Shown here: one piece after another, positions 16,520 to 26,224 of the stretch
Position numbering within the stretch: the stretch's first letter is position 1
How the letters are laid out: every line of letters begins with the position of its first letter
From: Lachnospiraceae bacterium UBA3641
GTDB lineage: Bacteria > Bacillota > Clostridia > Lachnospirales > Lachnospiraceae
Length of the DNA stretch: 64,000 nt
Direction of reading: 5' to 3'
Assembly: GCA_002373875.1 (NCBI GenBank)
Contig: DFKQ01000060.1
Coordinates: forward strand, 12,993-76,992
Translations under genes and position numbers: made by a program
Notes under the pieces: model-generated
What the model was told of the DNA's origin: nothing
Seen by the model: the letters and a program-made list of their open reading frames with translations, nothing else
Database searches by the model: none

Positions 16520-17602
16520 TTACAATCCCATGACCCTCTTCACTGCCTCAAGGTAGCCGTAGCCCCTGTATTCATCCGGTTCCAGCATTGCACCCTCTCC
16601 CCACTCATTCCAGGCATTTATGAAAACAAAGTCATTCTTATGACCTTCCTTTTTCTCCTTAAGTATCTTTAATGCTTCCTCAAATTTCTCAGGGGATGTT
16701 CCCTTGTAAACAAGGCCCTTATATCCCCTTCTCGGTGTATTGTCCCAGTCAGGTATAAGCCCCGGGAATTCATTCTCCTTATACTCCCTCTTCTTAATAC
16801 CGTCAAGTATAAGGTCGGCCCTTATGGACCTCTCAAGCTTCTTATTTGTCCTCAGCTTATTAAGCATGGTATTCCACAGTACGGATACATTGTATTCCAT
16901 CTCATGGATCTTGGAAAAATCATGCTTAAGCGTATAACCCGGTTCAAAATAATAGTAGCCGTCGATAAGTCCGGTCCTCATCTCCTGCTCCCCGGCCGTC
17001 CTGCCCGCGATCACGTATATCCCGTCATAGCCCTCGCCCTCGGCCCATTTATTAAAGCAGTTAAGCATCCTGTCAAGACAACCTATATCAAAAGACCGGT
17101 ATATCTGAAGAATCGGTTTATTGTCTATCTTTATGTATCTCTTATCGTTAAAGAACCTGAGCAGGTATTCGAAATGCCTGTACCAGTCCTCTTCTTCCCC
17201 GTAATCCTGCTGCATAAGTACCTGTTCGCTTAGTCCGTACCAAGTCCTCGTCCAGCTCTCGTTAGCCCAGCATATACAATAATTGATGTCTATTTCCGGA
17301 TGTTCAAGAAGTATCTCCATCGGGCGCTGCATAAGCTGCCTTCCCCGGAACCAGTACTGATAGAATGAAAAACCGTAAACACCGTATTTACGGGCTGTTT
17401 CTGCCTGCCATTTAAGTGTTTCCGGACCTTCATTTACAAGATCGTAGTAGCGGTTGTCAAGGGGAATTCTTGGCTGAACATGTCCATCATAAAGCGGTCG
17501 TCCCCGCCTGACCGCTGTCCACTCCGTATAACCCTTGCCCCACCACTCATCATTCTCCGGAAATGTATGATACTGTGGCAGATACATACACATGACTCTC
17601 AT
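16520..17602 (-). CDS. WbsX-family glycosyltransferase-like protein
   Basis: 360 aa. The N-terminus MYLPQYHTFPENDEWWGKGYTEWTAV and the C-terminal NAWNEWGEGAMLEPD are characteristic of the Glyco_tran_WbsX family. Confidence 0.8.
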   Translation of the reverse strand: MRVMCMYLPQYHTFPENDEWWGKGYTEWTAVRRGRPLYDGHVQPRIPLDNRYYDLVNEGPETLKWQAETARKYGVYGFSFYQYWFRGRQLMQRPMEILLEHPEIDINYCICWANESWTRTWYGLSEQVLMQQDYGEEEDWYRHFEYLLRFFNDKRYIKIDNKPILQIYRSFDIGCLDRMLNCFNKWAEGEGYDGIYVIAGRTAGEQEMRTGLIDGYYYFEPGYTLKHDFSKIHEMEYNVSVLWNTMLNKLRTNKKLERSIRADLILDGIKKREYKENEFPGLIPDWDNTPRRGYKGLVYKGTSPEKFEEALKILKEKKEGHKNDFVFINAWNEWGEGAMLEPDEYRGYGYLEAVKRVMGL

Positions 17603-18417
17603 GACTCTGCCTCCGTTACAGTTATTTCCGCAGATATCATTCCGACAGCATGCCAGAATACCGATGCTGTCAATTGAGCTGCAAGCATACCGGAACCTGC
17701 GGGCAGAAACAGAGCCGGCACAATGATACCAAGCTCAATACAGTACTTACGTATATCCCCGAAACACTTCCGCAGGCTTAAGATCATCAGATATATAAAC
17801 ATTGAGAAACCGATTATTCCCTGTTCACAGTACATCTTAATAAGCCTTAAGTCTTCTATGACATGGGCTCCATCAATGCCGGCCGCCAGCTGTCCGTTGG
17901 CACCGAGCCCGTTACCGAGCCATGTACTGTACATATTGTTGACCGCGGCGATCCACCGTTCGCTTCTCTCTCCTGCCACACCTGCCGCAGTCATTTGCCG
18001 GCCGCTTATAAACACCACCACTATGCATATTATCATCAATAAAATATTAACCAGCCTTATCTTACCGGTACTTAAGCCGCCTGCACAGGTCCTTCCCGCA
18101 TAATAGAAGATGACCGGAAGGAGTGATGTCATGAATTCCTGCTCATACACGCTAACGGGCATTCCTCCTTTTACAAGCCATATCACGGATACAGCATTAT
18201 ATATAAAGTAAGCCGCAACCAGCCTGTCCGCAAAGTCAACGAAGTTTAGCCTCTTATGTATTATAAGCTCACCCAGCACAACAAAAAGAAATACCGTCGT
18301 AAGCATACCCGGATAAGCCGACGGGATGAAAATATCAATCACATACAGCACCGATGCCAATATATAATAGATCCCGGCAAACCATATTCTGTTTGATCTG
18401 TTATCTTGATTTCTCAC
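17599..18417 (-). CDS. Short Wzy/O-antigen-ligase-like membrane protein (in-frame internally deleted paralogue of 28092-29336)
   Basis: 272 aa with a GTG start. It aligns with the 414-aa paralogue at both ends (LLPVIFYYAGR vs FLPMILYYAGR; ERSERWIAAVNNMYSTWLGNGLG vs ERSGSWVDAVNSMKNIWIGDGLG). It lacks about 140 central residues. Confidence 0.55.
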   Translation of the reverse strand: MRNQDNRSNRIWFAGIYYILASVLYVIDIFIPSAYPGMLTTVFLFVVLGELIIHKRLNFVDFADRLVAAYFIYNAVSVIWLVKGGMPVSVYEQEFMTSLLPVIFYYAGRTCAGGLSTGKIRLVNILLMIICIVVVFISGRQMTAAGVAGERSERWIAAVNNMYSTWLGNGLGANGQLAAGIDGAHVIEDLRLIKMYCEQGIIGFSMFIYLMILSLRKCFGDIRKYCIELGIIVPALFLPAGSGMLAAQLTASVFWHAVGMISAEITVTEAES

Positions 18418-18445
18418 ATCCGCTCCATCGTTGACCCGTAATATA

Positions 18446-19549
18446 TTAAATGCTGTCCTGCTTTGTCAGGATCCTGATTACCTTCTCCCAACTGCTTCCC
18501 GGAACACTTCCGACATACCGGTCATCGGTTGCAGCTTTGAAAAACAGTTCCTTCTTTATCGCCTTCTCCATAAGGTTCGCAAGCTCTTCCGGCTTAAAGG
18601 GATCAAAATAAGCCGCCTGCTCGTATCCGTTAAGCACCTCATGGCAGAAGGGGCAGTCAGATGCAAGTATCCTGCCCCCAACCGCTCTTGCCTCTGCCGG
18701 CGGATACCCGAAGGTTTCTATATATGACGGAAACAGGAGTATCTCCCTCCTGTAGCGTTCAAACACCTCATCCCTCGGAATACGCCCGATGTATCTTACC
18801 TGCTCATACTCCGGATACCTGCCAAGGGAGGGTATATCTCCCTTATTAAGGGTAAAAGCCACCTCGAAATCCGTTATTCCCCTGTTTATCAGGAGTCCTG
18901 CAGCCTCCAGTATACAGGCATGATTCTTATACAATATCTCTCCCGCCGGATAAAAAAAACGGTTTCGATCCTGCTTTTCATATACGGCAGAAGCCCAGTC
19001 CCTCTGCCTATCCGGAATGATAATATCCGGCAGTATACCGATCACTTTATCCCCGGCAACCCCGGTCTTGTCTATTACAGCCTTCCTCATCCATTCCGTC
19101 TGGACTATCACCTTATCCGCTCTCTTAACAGAAAGATCGATCATCCTGCCTATAAGCTTCTGGTACACGGCGTACTCCCGCTCCTCAGGCTTAAATAAGG
19201 AAAAGCTCTTCCATGTCTGATACGGAAGGGGCTGATGAACATACAGAACCTGCCTGCCCCTGTAGCCGCGCGGCAGCGTGTTCTGCATCGAAAACAGCAC
19301 ATCCGGCTTAAGGTTTTCCAGATAACGGGCACCGGTATGAAGATCGAACATAAGCCTGTTCTTACGGCTTGACTTCACATCATCCCGGACAAGCACCCGG
19401 ATATTGTCCCTTTCCTCAAGCAGCGTATCTCCCAGTACGAATACCCACTCATTTCCCTTATCATATCCCGCAACATAATTGTAGAAATCTCTCAATATCG
19501 ACAGGGCACCCGTCTTGCTCGCTGCTATATCATTTACAACTATCCTCAT
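18446..19549 (-). CDS. GT4-type (group 1) glycosyltransferase
   Basis: 367 aa. GT-B C-terminal domain with an EX7E-type motif (LLFPSYIETFGYPPAEARAVG). First gene of the 19549-to-11468 minus-strand block. Confidence 0.85.
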   Translation of the reverse strand: MRIVVNDIAASKTGALSILRDFYNYVAGYDKGNEWVFVLGDTLLEERDNIRVLVRDDVKSSRKNRLMFDLHTGARYLENLKPDVLFSMQNTLPRGYRGRQVLYVHQPLPYQTWKSFSLFKPEEREYAVYQKLIGRMIDLSVKRADKVIVQTEWMRKAVIDKTGVAGDKVIGILPDIIIPDRQRDWASAVYEKQDRNRFFYPAGEILYKNHACILEAAGLLINRGITDFEVAFTLNKGDIPSLGRYPEYEQVRYIGRIPRDEVFERYRREILLFPSYIETFGYPPAEARAVGGRILASDCPFCHEVLNGYEQAAYFDPFKPEELANLMEKAIKKELFFKAATDDRYVGSVPGSSWEKVIRILTKQDSI

Positions 19550-19593
19550 ATATCATCCACTATCCCGATACTGAACAGACAAATAAATATGCA

Positions 19594-19636
19594 AAAGCCG
19601 GCAATCCATTATAATTTACCATAGATTGCCGGCTTT
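19594..19636 (-). terminator. Intrinsic terminator-like hairpin separating locus II from locus I
   Basis: Perfect 13-bp stem AAAGCCGGCAATC / GATTGCCGGCTTT with a 17-nt loop. On the minus strand it is followed by TGCATATTTATTTG. The A/T flanks suggest it could act in both directions. Confidence 0.5.
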
Positions 19637-19931
19637 ATCAAATACGGTGATTTTTAATATACTTGACTATGACTTTCCGAATGCAAACAAGGAAATGCAT
19701 TCGGAAATCCCGCCTTCTGCGGGACACACCTCTGCTTTTGGCAGAGCCTGGTCGAATACGAATCCCGAAGTTCTGAAACTGATGGGAACCAAATCAGGAA
19801 ACTATTCCGTATATAGGGACAGGCTTATAAAACGCGGAGTTATCCTCGCAAAACAAGGCTATATCCGTCTCAATCCGCCATTTTTCGCAGAATATATCAA
19901 GAATTACGGAATGAGCGAAATGTTCTATTAA
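19626..19931 (+). pseudogene. Probable 3' remnant of an AAA-ATPase gene (C-terminal winged-helix-like tail only)
   Basis: The 101-aa ORF has no convincing RBS. Only the tail (SGNYSVYRDRLIKRGVILAKQGYIRLNPPFFAEYIKNY) resembles C-termini of ORC/Cdc6-like ATP-binding proteins as I recall them. The 5' part is occupied by perfect hairpins (for example TTTCCGAATGCA..TGCATTCGGAAA at 19674-19707). Confidence 0.3.
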
Positions 19932-19943
19932 TCGAATGAAATA

Positions 19944-21089
19944 TTATGATTTAAGCCACACCGTCCTGTTCACGATATCCGTATAGCTCTGGATTATTTT
20001 AACAACCTTTACCGACACGTTGGTATCGGCATAATCCTCTGCCATTACAGTTTCCTCTTTATTCTCATACATTGAAAGAGCAAGCTCCGTTGCCTGTTCC
20101 ACCGTACATCCCGTGATACCGCCTATCACAACCGTCCCCTTATCAAGCACCTCAGGTCTCTCGGTTGAAGTCCTGATAAGCACTCCCGGGAAATTCAGCA
20201 TTGCCGATTCCTCGGACAGGGTTCCGCTGTCCGAAAGGACACAGTAGGCATTCATCTGGAGCATGTTATAATCAAGGAATCCGAAGGGCTTCATATTGCT
20301 TACCAGCGGATGAAACTTAAAATTCCTCATCTCGATAAACTTCTTTGACCTTGGATGAGTGGAATATATCACCGGCATCTGATACTTTTCCGCAATATTG
20401 TTTATGGAATTCATAAGCTCCATGAAGTTATCTTCAAGATCGATATTCTCCTCCCTGTGGGCCGATACAAGTATGTATCTGCGTTTCTCAAGCTTCAGCC
20501 TCTCAAATACATCACTTTTTAAAATATCGTCCATGTGGTCACGAAGCACTTCGCGCATTGGTGACCCTGTTACAAACATGGTCTTTCCGTCAATTCCTTC
20601 CGACAGCAGATACCTTCTCGAATGCTCGGTATAGGGGAGATTAATGTCCGATATATGGTCCACTATCTTTCTGTTGATCATCTCCGAAACATTCCAGTCC
20701 CAGCAGCGGTTGCCGGCTTCCATATGAAAGATCGGGATCTTAAGCCTCTTGGCACTTATCGCAGAAAGCGCCGAATTGGTATCGCCAAGTATAAGCAGCG
20801 CATCCGGCTTGACCTCCTGCATAAGGGTATATGACTTTGCGATTATATTACCCATGGTCTCGCCAAGGTTAGCTCCTACCGATTCAAGATAATAGTCAGG
20901 CTCTCTCAGCTTCAGATCCTCGAAGAATATCTGATTAAGTGTGTAATCGTAATTCTGCCCCGTGTGTACAAGCACATGGTCAAAATATTTATCCGCGCAC
21001 TTTATCACCGCCGACAGCCTTATTATCTCGGGGCGTGTACCCACTATTGTCATTAATCTCAATCTGTCCATATGCACTCCATATCTCAT
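19944..21089 (-). CDS. fnlC: UDP-N-acetylglucosamine 2-epimerase, FnlC/CapG/WbjD type (UDP-L-FucNAc pathway step 3)
   Basis: 381 aa. LMTIVGTRPEIIRLS..HTGQNYDY..LILGDTNS is the non-hydrolysing 2-epimerase signature. It follows the fnlA and fnlB homologues. The likelier start is the ATG at 21071, which is preceded by GGAG. Confidence 0.85.
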   Translation of the reverse strand: MRYGVHMDRLRLMTIVGTRPEIIRLSAVIKCADKYFDHVLVHTGQNYDYTLNQIFFEDLKLREPDYYLESVGANLGETMGNIIAKSYTLMQEVKPDALLILGDTNSALSAISAKRLKIPIFHMEAGNRCWDWNVSEMINRKIVDHISDINLPYTEHSRRYLLSEGIDGKTMFVTGSPMREVLRDHMDDILKSDVFERLKLEKRRYILVSAHREENIDLEDNFMELMNSINNIAEKYQMPVIYSTHPRSKKFIEMRNFKFHPLVSNMKPFGFLDYNMLQMNAYCVLSDSGTLSEESAMLNFPGVLIRTSTERPEVLDKGTVVIGGITGCTVEQATELALSMYENKEETVMAEDYADTNVSVKVVKIIQSYTDIVNRTVWLKS

Positions 21090-21092
21090 TAT

Positions 21093-22208
21093 CTATCGTC
21101 TTACGGGTTCGTAGAAGGTATCCGGCCTGTCCGGGTTAAAAGCTTCGTTTGCCCACATAACGGTAACCATATCCTCATCACCTTCATTGGTAATGCAATG
21201 GGTATAACCCGTCGGTATATCAACGACCGTAAGTTCATCGCCGTTTACATGGTAATCGACCACTTCATCGGTTCCGTACTTCCTGAAGCTTATACAGCCC
21301 CTGCCGCGTACTACAAGGAACTTCTCATTCTTCGAATGGTGCCAGTGATTACCCTTGGTGATCCCCGGATGGCTGATATTCACCGATACCTGCCCCCTGT
21401 CAGGAGTCTTAATAAATTCCGTAAAGGAGCCCCTCTCATCCATGTTCATCTTCAGAGGGTAAGCAAGATCATCCACAGGAAGATAGCTTAAATACGTACT
21501 GTAGAGCTTACGTTCCAACTCATCGGCAAGATCGGGAAGCAGAAGCTTCTTCCTTTTCTCTTTAAAAGATGTGATGATCTCAACTATACGACCCAGGGTT
21601 GTCGTATGCACCGTAGGGATGGCACCGTATTTCCCTGTAAGATTGGCCCTTCCTTCCATGGCCGCAATGAACTCGGATACAACATCATCTATGTATACCA
21701 GCTTCATAACGACCGAAGCATCATTGACCTTTATCGGAAGTCCCGCCGCTATGTTGTTACAGAAGGTCGCCACTGCACTGTTGTAATTAGGTCTGCACCA
21801 TTTACCGAACACATTCTGCAACCGATAAACAAATACCGGTGACCCGGTTTCGGAGGAATATGCAAACATAAGCTCTTCGCCCGCCCGCTTGCTCCTGCCG
21901 TAAGGATTGTCAAGCTCGGCCTGTATCGAAGATGTAATGAGTACCGGTGCTTTATTTCCGTTATCCTTAAGGCTCTTAAGCAGGATGTCGGTAAATCCGA
22001 AGTTCCCGGTCATGAATTCATCTTCATTCTCGGGACGATTGACACCGGCAAGATGAAACACGAAATCACAGTCTTTCGTAAATCTGTCAAGCTCCGACAA
22101 GTCGGTATCCACGTCGTATTCGTATATATCATTGTATTTTCTGTTCTTAAGCTCCGCGATCAGATTCTTACCGATAAACCCGCGCGCACCTGTCACAAGG
22201 ATCCTCAT
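21093..22208 (-). CDS. fnlB: FnlB/CapF/WbjC-type reductase (SDR domain plus C-terminal cupin)
   Basis: 371 aa. N-terminal Rossmann motif MRILVTGARGFIGKNL. C-terminal cupin with GITKGNHWHH. This is the typical CapF two-domain layout. Confidence 0.8.
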   Translation of the reverse strand: MRILVTGARGFIGKNLIAELKNRKYNDIYEYDVDTDLSELDRFTKDCDFVFHLAGVNRPENEDEFMTGNFGFTDILLKSLKDNGNKAPVLITSSIQAELDNPYGRSKRAGEELMFAYSSETGSPVFVYRLQNVFGKWCRPNYNSAVATFCNNIAAGLPIKVNDASVVMKLVYIDDVVSEFIAAMEGRANLTGKYGAIPTVHTTTLGRIVEIITSFKEKRKKLLLPDLADELERKLYSTYLSYLPVDDLAYPLKMNMDERGSFTEFIKTPDRGQVSVNISHPGITKGNHWHHSKNEKFLVVRGRGCISFRKYGTDEVVDYHVNGDELTVVDIPTGYTHCITNEGDEDMVTVMWANEAFNPDRPDTFYEPVRR

Positions 22209-22237
22209 TCTCTCCCATCCTGTTCCGAATAGTTACT

Positions 22238-23284
22238 TCATCTTCTTGATTCGTTATAAGCCTCTATCTCATTCCTGATATATTCAAGCGAAAGCAGCTT
22301 CTCCTTTACCTGTTCCACATTCAATATCTCGGTATTATTTGAATTGAACTCGGTAAGCTTCGTTCTCTCCTGGTTACCCTCCACGAAATATTTATCGTAA
22401 TTAAGGTCTCTCTGATCACAGGGTACGCGGAAAAAGCCTCCCATATCAACAGCCCTTGCGCACTCCTCGTTGGTAAGCAGGGTTTCATACATCTTCTCAC
22501 CGTGTCTTATTCCTATGACTTTAACCTCGTTATCCGCATTAAAGAGCTCCTTAACAGCCTGAGCCAACACCTCGATGGTGCAGGCCGGAGCCTTCTGAAC
22601 CATGATATCTCCCGCCTGCGCATTCTCGAAGGCGAAGATCACAAGCTCCACCGCCTCTTCGAGGCTCATGATAAATCTTGTCATCTTAGGCTCGGTCACG
22701 GTAAGAGGCTTGCCTTCCTTTATCTGCTCGATAAACAGGGGGATGACAGAGCCCCGTGAGCACATGACATTGCCGTATCTTGTTCCGCAGATAAGTGTCT
22801 TATCGGGATCTACAGTCCTTGATTTTGCCACGAAAACCTTCTCCATCATGGCCTTGCTGGTACCCATTGCATTAACGGGATAAGCCGCCTTATCGGTGGA
22901 TAAGCATATCACCTTTTTGACGCCTGCTTCGATCGCGGCGGTAAGGACATTGTCCGTACCGATCACATTGGTCCTAACGGCCTCCATCGGAAAGAATTCA
23001 CAGGAAGGAACCTGCTTAAGGGCTGCTGCATGGAAAATATAATCAACCCCGTGCATAGCGTCCCTTACACTCTGGATATCCCTGACATTTCCGATATAGT
23101 ATTTGATCTTGGGATCATTATACTGATGCCTCATATCATCCTGCTTCTTCTCATCCCTCGAAAAGATCCGGATCTCCTTAATGTCAGTATCCAGGAAACG
23201 GTTGAGTACGGCGTTGCCGAAAGAACCCGTCCCTCCTGTTATAAGTAAAGTCTTGTCTTTAAACATCTTCTTCTCCTGTATCAT
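22238..23284 (-). CDS. fnlA: UDP-GlcNAc 4,6-dehydratase/5-epimerase, FnlA/CapE/WbjB type
   Basis: 348 aa. LLITGGTGSFGNAVL..IRIFSRDEKKQ..HAAALKQVP..STDKAAYPVNAMGTSKA..RYGNVMCSRGSVIP is the CapE/FnlA family pattern. Confidence 0.9.
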   Translation of the reverse strand: MIQEKKMFKDKTLLITGGTGSFGNAVLNRFLDTDIKEIRIFSRDEKKQDDMRHQYNDPKIKYYIGNVRDIQSVRDAMHGVDYIFHAAALKQVPSCEFFPMEAVRTNVIGTDNVLTAAIEAGVKKVICLSTDKAAYPVNAMGTSKAMMEKVFVAKSRTVDPDKTLICGTRYGNVMCSRGSVIPLFIEQIKEGKPLTVTEPKMTRFIMSLEEAVELVIFAFENAQAGDIMVQKAPACTIEVLAQAVKELFNADNEVKVIGIRHGEKMYETLLTNEECARAVDMGGFFRVPCDQRDLNYDKYFVEGNQERTKLTEFNSNNTEILNVEQVKEKLLSLEYIRNEIEAYNESRR

Positions 23285-23348
23285 ATCCCTTTAAAGCTTA
23301 AACGTCAGGTTCGTGATCGAAACCTTCCGGCAGAGCGCAGGCAGTATC

Positions 23349-24545
23349 CTATACTGTCCCCGCAGCATGACCACCGTATCTTTCAAGCAGGGACACGCTC
23401 CGGCTTACATCAAAATTAGCCTCCAGATACCTGCGTCCGTTCATTCCCATGGTGTTACGCCTCTTCTCATCCATCATTTCTTCAATGCATTTCCAGAAGG
23501 CGGGGACATCATCAGACCGGCACCAAAGTCCGCATTCAGCCTCTTTAGTTATCAGATCCTTTATATCCGTATTCGGATCCGTGCAGGCTATCATCGGCTT
23601 GGCCATGGACATATATGACAGTGTCCTTGATGGATAATTGGGAATGGTAAACCTTACATCCAGAGATACTATACCAATATCACAGGTATCCATAAGCTTG
23701 CTGTATTCATCCGGCGGAAGATAATCGAAAAACCTCGCATTTGAAGCCCCTTCACATGTCCGTCTCACAAGCTCCGCTTCACTTCCGTTACCGGCAAATA
23801 TGAATTCAACCTTATCATATATGGGTGATTTATCGTACTGTATTACCTTAAGAAGGTAATCGACCGCCTGAGGCTTACCCAGGTTACCGCCAAATACAAG
23901 CCTTAACTTCCTTCCGGTTATGAACTTAAGTTCCTCTTCCTTAAGGGGAGGTACCTTTATTGTATTCGGAAATACAATCATTTTATCTTCGCTTATTCCG
24001 GGATTATTATCCTTCAGATATCTTAAATTCCCTTCGGACATGCAGCCGATAACATCCGACAGGTCATACAACTTTTTCTCTTTGTTCCTGAAGAACCTGT
24101 GTATGATCCCGCCCTTGCCGAAGAGTCCGATATCGACGGCATTCTGGGGAAAAATATCCTTAAGCATAAGAAAGGCCCTGCAACCGTAAACCTTCTTGCA
24201 ATATCTGACCACATTTGCAAAGGTCACGGGCGGGGTTGCATATAGTACAAGATCAAAATGATCTCCCGAAAGGAATGACCTTACTGCCGATTTAAGCTTC
24301 GGCTCAAGCAGCAGTGTGTTTATTCCCTTCTTTATGAAATTGACTCCGAACACTTCACCTGTGGAAACCTTAAGTATACGGACACCCTCTTCTGTTACCA
24401 TTTTTGTTTGCGGGGTATTCCTCGGACTGTCGGCACAGGCTATCGTAACCTTATGTCCCGCTGCACTCAGCGCATTTATAAGATCCGGATATATCCCCGC
24501 TTCCTTAAGATCCGGTTTTTTTAGCGTTAGATATAATATGTCCAT
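23349..24545 (-). CDS. GT4 glycosyltransferase, WbuB-like (candidate L-FucNAc transferase)
   Basis: 398 aa with a GT-B fold. It lies directly upstream of fnlABC, the usual partner position of WbuB-type L-fucosamine transferases. Donor specificity is inferred from context. Confidence 0.7.
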   Translation of the reverse strand: MDILYLTLKKPDLKEAGIYPDLINALSAAGHKVTIACADSPRNTPQTKMVTEEGVRILKVSTGEVFGVNFIKKGINTLLLEPKLKSAVRSFLSGDHFDLVLYATPPVTFANVVRYCKKVYGCRAFLMLKDIFPQNAVDIGLFGKGGIIHRFFRNKEKKLYDLSDVIGCMSEGNLRYLKDNNPGISEDKMIVFPNTIKVPPLKEEELKFITGRKLRLVFGGNLGKPQAVDYLLKVIQYDKSPIYDKVEFIFAGNGSEAELVRRTCEGASNARFFDYLPPDEYSKLMDTCDIGIVSLDVRFTIPNYPSRTLSYMSMAKPMIACTDPNTDIKDLITKEAECGLWCRSDDVPAFWKCIEEMMDEKRRNTMGMNGRRYLEANFDVSRSVSLLERYGGHAAGTV

Positions 24546-24559
24546 ATTTTGATCATTAA

Positions 24560-25240
24560 CTAGCGAATGATCTTTACAAGATCTTCAAGTGAAGTCACCC
24601 GCGCCGTTTCTCTGTATCCTTCCCTGTATGGCCGGTCGGCATAGATACTCTCCGGCCTTATGATCCTTACCGTCATTATCGGAAAATCACGTCCTATGAA
24701 GAAATCCTTCTCGGGGTTGTCACCTACATAAACCATATCGGACCAATCAGTCAAAAATGCTTCCTTCATCATAATGAAGGGCCTTGGGTCCGGCTTCCAG
24801 TAATCCCGCCCAAGTTCATCGGTAATGATTATCTTGTCAAAAAGCCTCTTCCCGTTCACATTAAGAACCGTAAGCTTCTTGCGCTGCGCCACTGCATATC
24901 CATCCGATAAAATACCCAGCTTGATCCCTCTGTTCTTAAGGGAAGCAAGTGCGGGCTTTACATCCGGGTAGAAATGAACCTCCGGGGTATGCTCTCTGTA
25001 TACCTCAACCAGCTCCAGTATTTCATTTTCCTTATACGCAATATCGTGGGCACTAAGCAGGCGGTTAAATACCTTCTTTGGGCTCTCCAGATACAGATCG
25101 TAGAGCTGTCTTGCGCTCATGCGTTCATCCCATCCGTACATATCCTTAAGGAACCTGGATACCGCCCTGTAACCGCTCCGTATGTATTCATCCTCCGATA
25201 TCAGCGTATCATCAAGGTCAAATATTACTGCCTTCTTCAT
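24560..25240 (-). CDS. HAD-superfamily hydrolase
   Basis: 226 aa. Motif I VIFDLDDTL, motif III/IV ..VYVGDNPEKD. Confidence 0.8.
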   Translation of the reverse strand: MKKAVIFDLDDTLISEDEYIRSGYRAVSRFLKDMYGWDERMSARQLYDLYLESPKKVFNRLLSAHDIAYKENEILELVEVYREHTPEVHFYPDVKPALASLKNRGIKLGILSDGYAVAQRKKLTVLNVNGKRLFDKIIITDELGRDYWKPDPRPFIMMKEAFLTDWSDMVYVGDNPEKDFFIGRDFPIMTVRIIRPESIYADRPYREGYRETARVTSLEDLVKIIR

Positions 25241-26216
25241 ACTCGAGTACCATATCTTCGTTTAACATAATGCATGAATCAAAGCGCAGGAAGGTGATAT
25301 TCTCCCTGTAATCTTCGTTATATGTTAAAACCTCACCCTTAAGGAGACGGTACAGGTTCTTGCATGAATCGGCCCCTGCCATTATCGACATGGGCGCTCC
25401 GCCTCCGAAGCGAGGATTGATCTCGATATACTCGATACCTCTGTATGTTTTACGGCATTGTACCGTGATGTGACCTACAGGCTTAAGCTCTTCCATAAGC
25501 CTTCTCACATCCGCCATGATGTCCGCATCCTTTACGATACGGCCCTTCATTATCTCCCCGCTCCTTGTCGCGATACGAAGCCTGGGAACCATAGTAATGA
25601 TATTGCTGTCAAAATCAAGGAATACATCGATCGTATATTCCTCGCCATCCATATAATCCTGTACCATCGGATTCTTAACAAGCGTCAGGATGGCATCAAG
25701 CTCCGTCTTATCATTCACCCTGTAGGTGTCTATGCTGGAGCTTCCGTCTATCGGTTTAACAAAAAGAGGATATTTGGCATTACCGTTCCTTATCTCCTGC
25801 GCCGTATACAGGTGCGGAACCTTGAAGCCGTGCTCCTCCATATAACTCTGCGTATTAAGCTTATTCCTGCAGATATTTACAACTGAAAGGGATGATACAA
25901 GTATCCTGGCCCCTGTTGCGTCTTCCATTTTCTTCCTGTTTTCTGCCAGCAGGAGCAGTTCGGTATCTATGGTCGGAACTACCAGCGAAACCTTCTCTTC
26001 GTTACATATTTCGATAAGGGCCTTTATATAATCGCCCGAATCAATACGCGGAACCAGCCTGTACTTGTCCGCAAAATACAAGGCAGGAGCAGTAGGCGAA
26101 CAATCAACTGCGATCACACTGCCGCTTATATCGAGGTCTTTTGCAGCCTTCTTGAAGCACTTTACAAGCTCCACTCTTCTTCCCGCGCTCAAAATAAGCA
26201 CATTTATGTCCGACAT
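25218..26216 (-). CDS. ATP-grasp domain enzyme (carboxylate-amine ligase type)
   Basis: 332 aa. Pre-ATP-grasp N-terminus (VLILSAGRRVELVK), then KP.DGSSS..., DY..GEEYT.D, and E.NPRFGGG at the C-terminal end. Confidence 0.8.
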   Translation of the reverse strand: MSDINVLILSAGRRVELVKCFKKAAKDLDISGSVIAVDCSPTAPALYFADKYRLVPRIDSGDYIKALIEICNEEKVSLVVPTIDTELLLLAENRKKMEDATGARILVSSLSVVNICRNKLNTQSYMEEHGFKVPHLYTAQEIRNGNAKYPLFVKPIDGSSSIDTYRVNDKTELDAILTLVKNPMVQDYMDGEEYTIDVFLDFDSNIITMVPRLRIATRSGEIMKGRIVKDADIMADVRRLMEELKPVGHITVQCRKTYRGIEYIEINPRFGGGAPMSIMAGADSCKNLYRLLKGEVLTYNEDYRENITFLRFDSCIMLNEDMVLEYEEGSNI

Positions 26217-26224
26217 AACCCTAC

